Virus record (IMG/VR): IMGVR_UViG_3300037511_000322
DNA from: a virus
Length of the DNA: 59,526 nt
Direction: 5' to 3' (one strand)
A program made the position numbers and the translations under genes. The notes below the pieces were generated by a model. It saw nothing but the letters and a program-made list of their open reading frames with translations. It was not told the DNA's origin and did not search any database. Shown here piece by piece: positions 15,213 to 22,984 of the stretch; position 1 is the stretch's first letter, and each line of letters begins with the position of its first letter.

Positions 15213-15459
15213 TCCCATCTATCTTGTTCCGGATGATTCCTCCGATCGGTCCGATCTGGGTCGTCCTTCCCCAATGGGATTGATGGGAGTCATGTCCGAT
15301 TTGGATGGATCCCACCAGGTATGAACCCCCCGGGATGATTATCCCCTATGTCCGTTTCCTCCCGTCCGGACCATGGTGCCCGATCGCTTCTGCCCCTCCC
15401 CAAAAACCCTCTTCCACGTCATGCCCCGTTAATTACGAGCAGCCAGATTTTTACCCACC

Positions 15460-15488
15460 TTGCGCTGCCTCGCCAGAGCAGATAGCAT
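15460..15488 (+). promoter_or_regulatory. sigma70-type promoter, leaderless configuration
   Basis: TTGCGC-N17-TAGCAT-gctcgc-ATG(15495). Confidence 0.55.
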
Positions 15489-15494
15489 GCTCGC

Positions 15495-15818
15495 ATGGCA
15501 GAAAAGGAATCCGAGCAAGTGACCTACAAGGCCTTACTCGACCTGGCGATGGCCGGTAAGATCCAGGTACGGAGCCCCATTCCGACCACCACCCGGTACT
15601 TCGCCGTGACGGTGAGGTTGCCCCGAAACCCCGACCACAACCCGATGAACAAGAAGGCTGGAGCCTGCCCGGTCAACGGTCAGCCCTGCGACGACGTTAC
15701 GGGCCAGCATCACACCTTTCTGTGCACCGGGGACGACCTGAGCACCACCGAATCGATCCGAAAGACCTACGAGGGCCTCTACCACGTGACTCGCGTCGAG
15801 AAGTTGGTGACACCATGA
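15495..15818 (+). CDS. hypothetical protein (107 aa)
   Basis: The ATG lies 6 nt after TAGCAT. It opens a run of translationally coupled genes. Confidence 0.6.
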   Translation: MAEKESEQVTYKALLDLAMAGKIQVRSPIPTTTRYFAVTVRLPRNPDHNPMNKKAGACPVNGQPCDDVTGQHHTFLCTGDDLSTTESIRKTYEGLYHVTRVEKLVTP

Positions 15819-15943
15819 CTCTGCCTACCCAGTGGGATGAACCCCACGCTCCCGAGGACATCCACGACGAGCTCACTGCCGAGCTTGAGCTGGACTATCA
15901 GCTGATGGAGATCCACGATGACGAGGAGTACAGCCGTGGCTGA
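15815..15943 (+). CDS. small acidic protein (42 aa)
   Basis: ATGA overlap with the upstream stop. Begins MTLPTQWDEPHAPEDIHDEL. Confidence 0.45.
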   Translation: MTLPTQWDEPHAPEDIHDELTAELELDYQLMEIHDDEEYSRG

Positions 15944-16319
15944 GGAAGTCTTCGACCATCGCATCCACCCCGCGCCGCAGTTCAGTTCGCCGGGGTCGCC
16001 TCAGGATGACGTGACCACACTGCCCCTTCGGGTCACTCGGGCTATCGAACTGAACCAGCCCGTCGACCCCTACAAGCTCATCCTCCACAATGGTCGGGCC
16101 ACTCGTATCGTGGATCTGCCCACGGCGGATCTGCGGGCCCTGTCGGGCCTGGGCCACCAGCCGTCCGACATCCGCCAGCGTGACATCATTCCCTGGCCGT
16201 TGCAGGAGGGTAAGTGGCTCTGGAAGCCGTGGGAATGCAGGGTCTCGGACGGCTTCCGCGGCGTCTGGGTCGACGACCAGCACCTGGCCTGCCCTGGGTG
16301 TGGAATGGACTTTACGTGA
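15936..16319 (+). CDS. hypothetical protein (127 aa)
   Basis: GTG start 7 nt after GAGGAG. CPGC at the C-terminus. Confidence 0.55.
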   Translation: MAEEVFDHRIHPAPQFSSPGSPQDDVTTLPLRVTRAIELNQPVDPYKLILHNGRATRIVDLPTADLRALSGLGHQPSDIRQRDIIPWPLQEGKWLWKPWECRVSDGFRGVWVDDQHLACPGCGMDFT

Positions 16320-16468
16320 TCCAGGACACAGAAGAGGACTGGGCTTCTAGTTGGCTGGCTCAGACGTACAGCGGAGCTCCTGACGAGTGCGGACCATGTT
16401 TCCGCGCCGGCAACATCGTCAAACTAGATAGGCAGGGCGACTGCCCCCAGTGCGGAAAGAAGATCTGA
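16316..16468 (+). CDS. small zinc-ribbon protein (50 aa)
   Basis: GTGA overlap with the upstream gene. CGPC...CPQC. Confidence 0.45.
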   Translation: MIQDTEEDWASSWLAQTYSGAPDECGPCFRAGNIVKLDRQGDCPQCGKKI

Positions 16469-16584
16469 TGATCCAGATGCCATGGTGGGCTGTCATACTG
16501 CTGATCCTGGGCTGTGCCGCCCTCGGTGCGGCTGTTGCCCTGATCATCTTCGCCTGGCGATTCGGGAAGGGGATGAACTGGTGA
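16468..16584 (+). CDS. 38-aa single-TM peptide (not in the ORF track)
   Basis: TGATG overlap with the upstream gene. Translation: MIQMPWWAVILLILGCAALGAAVALIIFAWRFGKGMNW. Confidence 0.4.
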   Translation: MIQMPWWAVILLILGCAALGAAVALIIFAWRFGKGMNW

Positions 16585-16931
16585 ATGAGCCGAGAAGGTA
16601 CGAGGTAGATCACAAGGTATCTGGGGTGAGAGATCGAGCTGTCCTCGAACGTCAGATGGCCCTGTACTTCGACGCCTATGCCCGGGAAATCAGGCATCAA
16701 CTGCCGCAGACCTTGGTTGCCGGCGACTACGCCCTGCGAGACGTCGACTACACCATGACGTGGTGGCGACGCTTCGCCGGCGAGCCTGTTCTCGTGAACA
16801 AGCTGAGGGGACGAGACAACGCCATCCTTGAGCTGAACGACCTCATCCGCCCGGAGACGCTCGAGAGGATGGGCCGTATCACCGACAGGCCTCGGCTGCT
16901 CTGGCCCTACCTAGGATGGCTGATCGGATGA
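16581..16931 (+). CDS. hypothetical protein (116 aa)
   Basis: GTGA overlap with the upstream peptide. Start at VNEPRRYEV. Confidence 0.55.
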   Translation: MNEPRRYEVDHKVSGVRDRAVLERQMALYFDAYAREIRHQLPQTLVAGDYALRDVDYTMTWWRRFAGEPVLVNKLRGRDNAILELNDLIRPETLERMGRITDRPRLLWPYLGWLIG

Positions 16932-18202
16932 AGCTCCCCATCTGTCAGGCTCTGATCCAGATCAAGCGTAATCCCACGATGTGGCTTTCTCCCATGGCCG
17001 CTCGTGATTGGGTCTCGCGCGTGATCGCCGATCGGTCGGACGATATGACGCTCGAGGAAGCCTTCCAGCTGCACGACGAGACCTTCGGCCCCAAGGTGAA
17101 GGCATCATCGCTCGCCTGCCCCGCCGGCGATCCCTGCCCGGCGACAGGATGCCCCGCCTGTTGCCCCGACTATGACCCCTGCGGGAAGCCGGAATGTGTA
17201 GGATGTCGCAATAGAAAAAGAGCGGAAAACGTGGATCGCACGATCATCAGTGATGTTCATGAGCGAGCGTTCTGGGGCATCCACAGATTCCGGGAGTCCC
17301 CCGACATTCTCGGCTGTACCCTGTGCGGCTGGGGCTACCAGGACCCCATTCATCGGAAGGAGAAGACTATGCACGTACCCGAGGAAACTGACCTGCCCAA
17401 TCTGGCTGAGGCCGAGAAGATCGTCGGTGTAGAGCCCGAGTGGGGGCTCGAGGAGTGCGGCTGGGTAGTACAACATGCGACCCCCGAGACGCCGGACGAG
17501 TACTGCGGCGAGGAGGTACCCCCGGGCCAAGAATACTGCGGCAAGCACCAGCGTATGGCCGCCAAGATGATCAGGCATGAGGGCGGTGTGGGTGACCCCA
17601 AGCCGGAACCTCAGCTCGCCTGTAAGTACCACTGCTTCGAGGATCAGGTGAACTATCCGGAGTGCCCGGTGCACGGCATCTCAGCTGAGGCCGGTGTGGA
17701 GACACCCCTCGCCGACTCGGCACTGAAGTCTGGTCTTCCCATCAGCCGGGACCACGAGCCCTTGCCGCACTCGGTCACGGTGGTCATCGAGAAGATCCGC
17801 GAGGCCTACGCGGCAGGCAACGGGCCGGAGAACATCCTAGCCTTCCCGATCGGCCTCCTCAACGAGCTCTGCAACCTCGCCACCCAGTACCCGCACCCGG
17901 ACGGCGACGGCATGGTACTCGGTCCCGAGATCTTCGCCGGTCCCAACGAGGAGGTCATCTCGTGGAAGGGGCAGAACTACTACAAACGAGTTCCCACCGA
18001 CAAGGACCGGGAGCTTATCGCCAAGAACGCCAAGGCGACGATCGAGCGCCGGGACAAAGAGCGGGCCGAGAGGCTGCTGCGTGAGACGGCGATGCACCAC
18101 GCTGTCGAGCTCCACAAGGCCGGCCTCAGTGCGGGGAACATCCCCACCAGGAGCATCACTCAGTCCGCGGACGACATCCTGGAATGGCTGAACAAGAGCT
18201 GA
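16928..18202 (+). CDS. large Cys-rich hypothetical protein (424 aa)
   Basis: ATGA overlap with the upstream gene. Dense Cys clusters such as CPAGDPCPATGCPACCPDYDPCGKPECVGC. Confidence 0.65.
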   Translation: MKLPICQALIQIKRNPTMWLSPMAARDWVSRVIADRSDDMTLEEAFQLHDETFGPKVKASSLACPAGDPCPATGCPACCPDYDPCGKPECVGCRNRKRAENVDRTIISDVHERAFWGIHRFRESPDILGCTLCGWGYQDPIHRKEKTMHVPEETDLPNLAEAEKIVGVEPEWGLEECGWVVQHATPETPDEYCGEEVPPGQEYCGKHQRMAAKMIRHEGGVGDPKPEPQLACKYHCFEDQVNYPECPVHGISAEAGVETPLADSALKSGLPISRDHEPLPHSVTVVIEKIREAYAAGNGPENILAFPIGLLNELCNLATQYPHPDGDGMVLGPEIFAGPNEEVISWKGQNYYKRVPTDKDRELIAKNAKATIERRDKERAERLLRETAMHHAVELHKAGLSAGNIPTRSITQSADDILEWLNKS

Positions 18203-18268
18203 CCTGAGGACAGTAGGCCGGGGGCGAGAAGGTATGAGCACTTCTTGCCCCCGTCTTGCTGTGTGACC

Positions 18269-18297
18269 TTGACGAGTTCAAACTTAACCCCTAGGGT
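18269..18297 (+). promoter_or_regulatory. sigma70-type promoter, near-leaderless
   Basis: gaccTTGACG-N17-TAGGGT-N7-ATG(18305). Confidence 0.55.
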
Positions 18298-18304
18298 TTG
18301 TGTC

Positions 18305-18667
18305 ATGATCGAACCCGAGCTCTGCCAGAGGATCGAGGAAACCAACCCGACCGACAGGGTTCGGGGAACTATCGTCAATGTCACGTCGTCTCTGTTTGTG
18401 GTCAAGTACGATAATGGAGATTATGCTGCGTATGATACGGCGGACAATGCCGGGGCATTCCACGATGCCAGTGATAAGCCGGTGCCCCGTCATGCGGCGG
18501 ATTTGATCCACCGACTCCGTAAGAAGCATGGTACTACGCCCCCCGAGGACGTGGGGGTACTCCGTATCGAGGATAACAATGGCATCCCACACCCACGAAG
18601 CCAGCATATGCGTGATGCTCCGGGGACTTTGACTGAGATCGACGAGCCCCCTAGCATTGAGGCATGA
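18305..18667 (+). CDS. hypothetical protein (120 aa)
   Basis: The promoter geometry places the start at MIEPELCQRIEE. Confidence 0.55.
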   Translation: MIEPELCQRIEETNPTDRVRGTIVNVTSSLFVVKYDNGDYAAYDTADNAGAFHDASDKPVPRHAADLIHRLRKKHGTTPPEDVGVLRIEDNNGIPHPRSQHMRDAPGTLTEIDEPPSIEA

Positions 18668-18921
18668 CGATGACCGGAAAGCCCAAGGGCGGCTACAAGC
18701 CTAGCCGAGTGACCATGGCCCAGGCTCAGTCTCGCATAGGTGATATCGTGGGACTGGTTGCGGTCGGCGATCATGACGAGGCGGAACTGGAGAGTGGGCA
18801 GTTGATACTGGACATTCTCTACTCCCTCGCCAACGCGCCGACCATGGCCGACAAACGGGAGATGAAGAAGCTGGCTGACGCCGGCCTCAAGGCCTACGCT
18901 GCTGCGAGGAAGCATACGTGA
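18664..18921 (+). CDS. hypothetical protein (85 aa)
   Basis: ATGA overlap with the upstream gene. Confidence 0.55.
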   Translation: MTMTGKPKGGYKPSRVTMAQAQSRIGDIVGLVAVGDHDEAELESGQLILDILYSLANAPTMADKREMKKLADAGLKAYAAARKHT

Positions 18922-19397
18922 GTACAGCCTGGGGGATCGGGGATGACCACCCCGATGGGCCCGACCCTATCCGTGACCTGGTGTGGGGTACGGCCTTGTG
19001 GAACATGAAGCTGGTTGACGAGGTACCGGAGACCATCTTATTCGAACGCCCGGATGAGATAACTCTGGCAACCGGCCAAGATCAAAAGCTGGATGCAGTG
19101 GTAAGGCGGAACACACTGCCCGAAACTGCGAGTAGACCATCACCATCGTATGCCCCGGATGCTTTCGGGTCTACCCCTGCATCTGTTTCGTCGCAATCCC
19201 ACGACCGAGGACTGAAAATGATCCCCTTCACCCTGATCTACCAGTCGGAGGGGGGACCGAGTCGAGTATCCGTAAGACACTACGTCATCCCCCAAGTGGG
19301 GGAGAAAGTGATTCCTCCGGACTTCGACAAGCCCCTGACGGTGCTATCGGTGGAGCATGACCTCAACGACAGCAAGATCTACGTCGTTCTGAGCTAG
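18918..19397 (+). CDS. hypothetical protein (159 aa)
   Basis: GTGA overlap with the upstream gene. Confidence 0.55.
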   Translation: MSTAWGIGDDHPDGPDPIRDLVWGTALWNMKLVDEVPETILFERPDEITLATGQDQKLDAVVRRNTLPETASRPSPSYAPDAFGSTPASVSSQSHDRGLKMIPFTLIYQSEGGPSRVSVRHYVIPQVGEKVIPPDFDKPLTVLSVEHDLNDSKIYVVLS

Positions 19398-19424
19398 AGC
19401 GTCCGCAGCCAGCGGTGAGCTCAT

Positions 19425-19451
19425 GGCCCTCCCTGCCCCACGGGGAGGGCC
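19425..19451 (+). terminator. intrinsic terminator
   Basis: GGCCCTCCC-N9-GGGAGGGCC followed by ttcc. Confidence 0.6.
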
Positions 19452-19490
19452 TTCCAATGTGTTACGGGACCATATACTTGCCCGCAAGCC

Positions 19491-19519
19491 TTGCGACTAG
19501 GTCCGGGGTATGGTAAATT
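19491..19519 (+). promoter_or_regulatory. possible promoter
   Basis: TTGCGA-N17-TAAATT. Confidence 0.4.
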
Positions 19520-19548
19520 GCTAGCCTATATACGAAAGGAGGGATACC

Positions 19549-19800
19549 ATGAGACACATACCCGGTTCGGGGATATCGATGTTGTGCTCCTTTCTGGTCG
19601 GTGCGTGGTTCACTGGCCTGGGAGTCATGCATTTCCAGAGCGGTCATGAGCCGCCACCTCCGGGAGTAATAACTCCGTCGCTCACCCCGACATATGAGAT
19701 GACCCCGCCTGATGTGGAGGGGGACGATGGGTCGCTGGGTGGGCCCGTGTACGATCAGAATCATCAGCAGACCCCTACCTACATCTACAAGACTTCATAG
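19549..19800 (+). CDS. membrane-anchored Pro-rich protein (83 aa)
   Basis: Strong GAAAGGAGGG RBS. N-terminal TM segment MLCSFLVGAWFTGLGV. Confidence 0.55.
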   Translation: MRHIPGSGISMLCSFLVGAWFTGLGVMHFQSGHEPPPPGVITPSLTPTYEMTPPDVEGDDGSLGGPVYDQNHQQTPTYIYKTS

Positions 19801-19807
19801 GAGAGTC

Positions 19808-20341
19808 GTGATCCCCAGACGACAGCCTGGTGACTTCTTCCTTGCCCCGATATCGGGCAGAGTGGGGGCTGGCATCCGTTTCGGTCAGTTCCTGAATGGC
19901 GAGGGTTTCATCGAGTACCAGCACGCCGGCATCTTGCTGAACAGTGGCTGGACTATCGAAGCCATGCCCGGAGGTGCTATCCTCGGCAAGATCAGCAACT
20001 ATCCCTACGAGAGCCTCAGGTGGAGTACCGGCTTGGTGGAGCTTACCCCGGCGCAGCGAGTAGCCATCGTTCGTGCTGGATGGCATGCAAGGGGTATCCC
20101 TTACTCCTTCTTGGACTACCTAGCACTCGCCGGCCATCGATTCCACATGCCCCTGCCCCGGCTTCGTCAGTACATCGCTGACTCGGGTCACATGATCTGT
20201 AGTCAGCTGGTGGATCATTTGTATGCTCGGGGCGGTAAGCATCTGTTCGATGACGGCCGATGGCCCGGCTACGTTACCCCCGCCTCGTTGAACATGCTCC
20301 TAAACGACATCGAGAACTACAACCTCTCACAGGGGAGGTGA
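19808..20341 (+). CDS. permuted papain-like (NlpC/P60 superfamily, YiiX-like) peptidase or amidase
   Basis: GTG start after AGGAGAG. The pattern GDFF...YQHAGILL...IEAMPGG...MICSQLVDHLY resembles the YiiX/C92 family, judged by eye. Confidence 0.5.
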   Translation: MIPRRQPGDFFLAPISGRVGAGIRFGQFLNGEGFIEYQHAGILLNSGWTIEAMPGGAILGKISNYPYESLRWSTGLVELTPAQRVAIVRAGWHARGIPYSFLDYLALAGHRFHMPLPRLRQYIADSGHMICSQLVDHLYARGGKHLFDDGRWPGYVTPASLNMLLNDIENYNLSQGR

Positions 20342-20342
20342 A

Positions 20343-20687
20343 GTGAGTTCGGCTCCAGAATGGGTTACCGGCTCCGAAGTGGTTCACCTCGACCCACGAC
20401 GGGGCCGGAGTGGTCTAACTCCCTGCTGCGGTTTACGACGCGAGGAAATACCGTATAAGGATAGGATCACGGTTCATCGAGATGAGGTTACTTGCGAACT
20501 TGCCCGAGAGCCAATGATCGTGAACCCGATCGTCGATCGTCATGCCGCATTAAGTAGGAGAGCCGGGGAAGCACTCTCGAGGCTCCTACAATTGCGGGCA
20601 CAGCTCAATGGGGCATCACCCGATCAAATCGATGCCGAATTCCGTAATCAGCTCCTAAAGCTGATCGATTGGGGGGATACTAGGTGA
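20343..20687 (+). CDS. hypothetical protein (114 aa)
   Basis: GTG start after a ggggagg RBS. Confidence 0.5.
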   Translation: MSSAPEWVTGSEVVHLDPRRGRSGLTPCCGLRREEIPYKDRITVHRDEVTCELAREPMIVNPIVDRHAALSRRAGEALSRLLQLRAQLNGASPDQIDAEFRNQLLKLIDWGDTR

Positions 20688-21124
20688 CCAAGTCGGGCTT
20701 GACTTCCCAAGCGGCCAGAAAGCCCACACCAAAGGAGCTCCAGGCACTTGATATCCTAGCTAGGGGTATCAGGTTCAGGGAGATCGAGGAGCCGCTGGGG
20801 CTTTGTGACAGAGCTATCAGTGGACGACTGAAGCGAATCCGGCGTATATCTGGGGGTAAATCCAAGGCTGCCGCCCTAGTTTACTGGGGACTGACTGAGA
20901 TGCATATTTACTACCCCAAGCAGAACCGACCCCGGCCCAGTCAAGCTAAGATCGACGTAGTGGCTTTGCTGGCCCAGGACTGGACTCACCGTCGTATCGC
21001 TCAGGAGCTGCACCTGACGGTTCATGGGGTAGCTGACCGAATCAGAGAAGCAAGGGCCGAGGTTGATGCTCGGACGGAGGCTCAGCTAGTGGCTATCTAC
21101 TGGACAGAGGATTGGATCGCATGA
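20684..21124 (+). CDS. tandem LuxR/GerE-type HTH regulator
   Basis: Two GerE-like units: ELQALDILARGIRFREIEEPLGLCDRAISGRLKRI, and VVALLAQDWTHRRIAQELHLTVHGVADRIREA. Confidence 0.6.
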   Translation: MTKSGLTSQAARKPTPKELQALDILARGIRFREIEEPLGLCDRAISGRLKRIRRISGGKSKAAALVYWGLTEMHIYYPKQNRPRPSQAKIDVVALLAQDWTHRRIAQELHLTVHGVADRIREARAEVDARTEAQLVAIYWTEDWIA

Positions 21125-21498
21125 CCAGGACCTTCAAACTCATCCGAGATGTAGACGAAACTGGTATTTCGGGTACTGGCGAAATTGCCCACGGTGCCAG
21201 CTTCGATGACGGGACAGCCGTACTACACTGGAGAGGAAATCCCTTCACGACCACGACCATCCACTCTGGCGGGGTGGAATCGATCCTACACATCCACGGC
21301 CATGGCGGCAAGACTCGCCTTGTGTGGGATGACGACCAGCCGCCTCCTCATTTCGGGGAAGATGACGTAGCTCTGCTTCACGACCTGCTTGGAATGCCCG
21401 ACGACGAGCTGCTCAGCATCCACCAGCGAGCTCGTCAGTTGCTCAGCAAAGTTCGCGGGGCGATGAAGTACATCCCGACTCAAAAGACAGTCCCGTAA
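21121..21498 (+). CDS. hypothetical protein (125 aa)
   Basis: ATGA overlap with the upstream gene. Carries a DVDETGISGTGEIAHG...IHGHGG motif. Confidence 0.55.
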   Translation: MTRTFKLIRDVDETGISGTGEIAHGASFDDGTAVLHWRGNPFTTTTIHSGGVESILHIHGHGGKTRLVWDDDQPPPHFGEDDVALLHDLLGMPDDELLSIHQRARQLLSKVRGAMKYIPTQKTVP

Positions 21499-21524
21499 GG
21501 GTCGCACCATCCGGCCGTAGCTCC

Positions 21525-21553
21525 TTGACTTCGCGCCCGTAAGATGCGATACT
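21525..21553 (+). promoter_or_regulatory. possible promoter ahead of the structural module
   Basis: ctccTTGACT-N17-GATACT. About 130 nt of GC-rich leader precede 21684. Confidence 0.4.
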
Positions 21554-21683
21554 TCACATGATCCCGCCGGAGCGGGTCCCATTGCTTACAACTCCTCGGG
21601 CTCTGCCACCCGCCGGCTCGGCCGCACAGGGGGAGCAATTGGGACCTGCCCGGCCGGAGTAGTCGTATCAGAGGAGGTAGACC

Positions 21684-22367
21684 ATGGCAGCAACAGCTCG
21701 AATGGTCGACTTCAGCGAGGCCGAAGAGATCCCCGAAGAGGACGACAGGCCAAGGAACTCTAAGGGCCAGCTCCTGACAGCCAAGCAAGTCAGGTCGAGG
21801 GTTCGCCGAGTCATCAAGAAGGGTAAGAAGGTCTCTGACGAGGACTTCGAAGCCTGGTCTGGCAAACCCATCGAGGAGTGGGATCTCGAAGAGCTCGCAC
21901 GAGGTCGTCCGAGAGACAAGAGGGGCCATTTCTCGGGTAAGCCCCCGTCTTACATGCCTCGGGCGGTACATGAACGTATCGCCGAACGCTTCAAGATGCT
22001 CATCCGAGACTCCATGAACTTCAACGCCACTCAGGCGCTGGGGGTCGTGAACAACCTGATCAACAACAACGAGCTCGATGACAAGGGCAAGCCAGTGGTG
22101 CCGGCTTCGGTCAAGCTGGATGCTTCCAAGTGGCTCATTGAGCACGTCATTGGCAAGCCGGTTCAGCCCCAGACCACCGACATCTCGGTGAAGCTCCAGG
22201 GTATTCTGGGCGCGGTCATGGTGAACCCCGTTCTCGACGACTCTCACCCCGACATGGCGGCTCTGCCGCGAGGGTACTTCCCCGGCCACATCGGTACTCG
22301 AGGCGAGGCAGTAGATGCTGAGGCCTGGTACGACGACGAGGATGAAGAGGCCGAATCAGATGGATGA
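21684..22367 (+). CDS. possible terminase small subunit
   Basis: First gene of the late operon. SVKLDASKWLIEHVIGKP resembles the conserved helix ending in GKP in small terminases, recalled from memory. Acidic tail. Confidence 0.45.
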   Translation: MAATARMVDFSEAEEIPEEDDRPRNSKGQLLTAKQVRSRVRRVIKKGKKVSDEDFEAWSGKPIEEWDLEELARGRPRDKRGHFSGKPPSYMPRAVHERIAERFKMLIRDSMNFNATQALGVVNNLINNNELDDKGKPVVPASVKLDASKWLIEHVIGKPVQPQTTDISVKLQGILGAVMVNPVLDDSHPDMAALPRGYFPGHIGTRGEAVDAEAWYDDEDEEAESDG

Positions 22368-22674
22368 CCCCGGTATCCGACTTGAGCTATGCGAGATCTG
22401 CTCAGTCGACAGGCCTACTCATCGGAATCGAGAGAGCCGAGGTGAACTCAATCATAGGTTCTCTGAAGAAGGCGAGCTAGTACAGCTCGAACGCCCCACC
22501 CCTAGGCAACAGCAACCCTCTCGCATTCAGACGATGGTCGGGGCTATCGACTTCGAGCTTCGCCGAGTTCTCCTTGAGAAGGGCATCATCAACAATGAGG
22601 ACTTCGCCGCTCTTTACCACCTTGGAGCTAGCGCTCCCGGAGATCGAGAGGCTGGGGAAGCTCCGAGCCCCTAA
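22360..22674 (+). CDS. hypothetical protein (104 aa)
   Basis: ATG overlaps the end of 21684..22367. Lower GC3 than its neighbours. Confidence 0.4.
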   Translation: MDDPGIRLELCEICSVDRPTHRNRESRGELNHRFSEEGELVQLERPTPRQQQPSRIQTMVGAIDFELRRVLLEKGIINNEDFAALYHLGASAPGDREAGEAPSP

Positions 22675-22972
22675 CGAGGCTTGCGGCATCTTGCTGGATA
22701 TCCCCCGTCCCAAGTACGACGGAACGGCAAGTGCCGTTATCGAGTTGCCAAACCGCTCACTCGATGGCCCGGGCACATATCGAATCGAGCCTCGAGACAT
22801 CCAGTTGGCTCTGGAGAATCTTGAGGAAGTCGATGATGTAGCGGTTTGGCATACTCACCCCTCTGGATTCGTGGGCCCTTCTCGAGGCGACATGGAAAAT
22901 CGGGGTGATCCCGACATCTACATGGTCGTAGTAGCACTCACTGACGCTGGGCCCATCGCTACTTGGTTCTGA
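22595..22972 (+). CDS. stand-alone JAB/MPN (JAMM) metallopeptidase
   Basis: NEACG (catalytic Glu) plus WHTHPSGFVGPSRGD, which is an exact H-x-H-x7-S-x2-D motif. The start is uncertain (22574, 22595 or 22622). Confidence 0.7.
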   Translation: MRTSPLFTTLELALPEIERLGKLRAPNEACGILLDIPRPKYDGTASAVIELPNRSLDGPGTYRIEPRDIQLALENLEEVDDVAVWHTHPSGFVGPSRGDMENRGDPDIYMVVVALTDAGPIATWF

Positions 22973-22984
22973 AAGGAGGTTCCG

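Noticed and set aside
15094-15559. ORFs 15094..15315 (-) and 15305..15559 (+) in the repeat-rich gap
   Set aside because: The His-rich and Pro-rich translations simply mirror the ATGCAT and CCC repeats. Neither has an RBS. The 15305 ORF would run through the promoter and start of 15495..15818.
21558-21662. 34-codon ORF beginning 4 nt after the GATACT box (MIPPERVPLL...)
   Set aside because: The spacing is off from the 5-7 nt seen at the other leaderless genes. The product is low in complexity. The sequence is more likely part of the structured leader ahead of the late operon.
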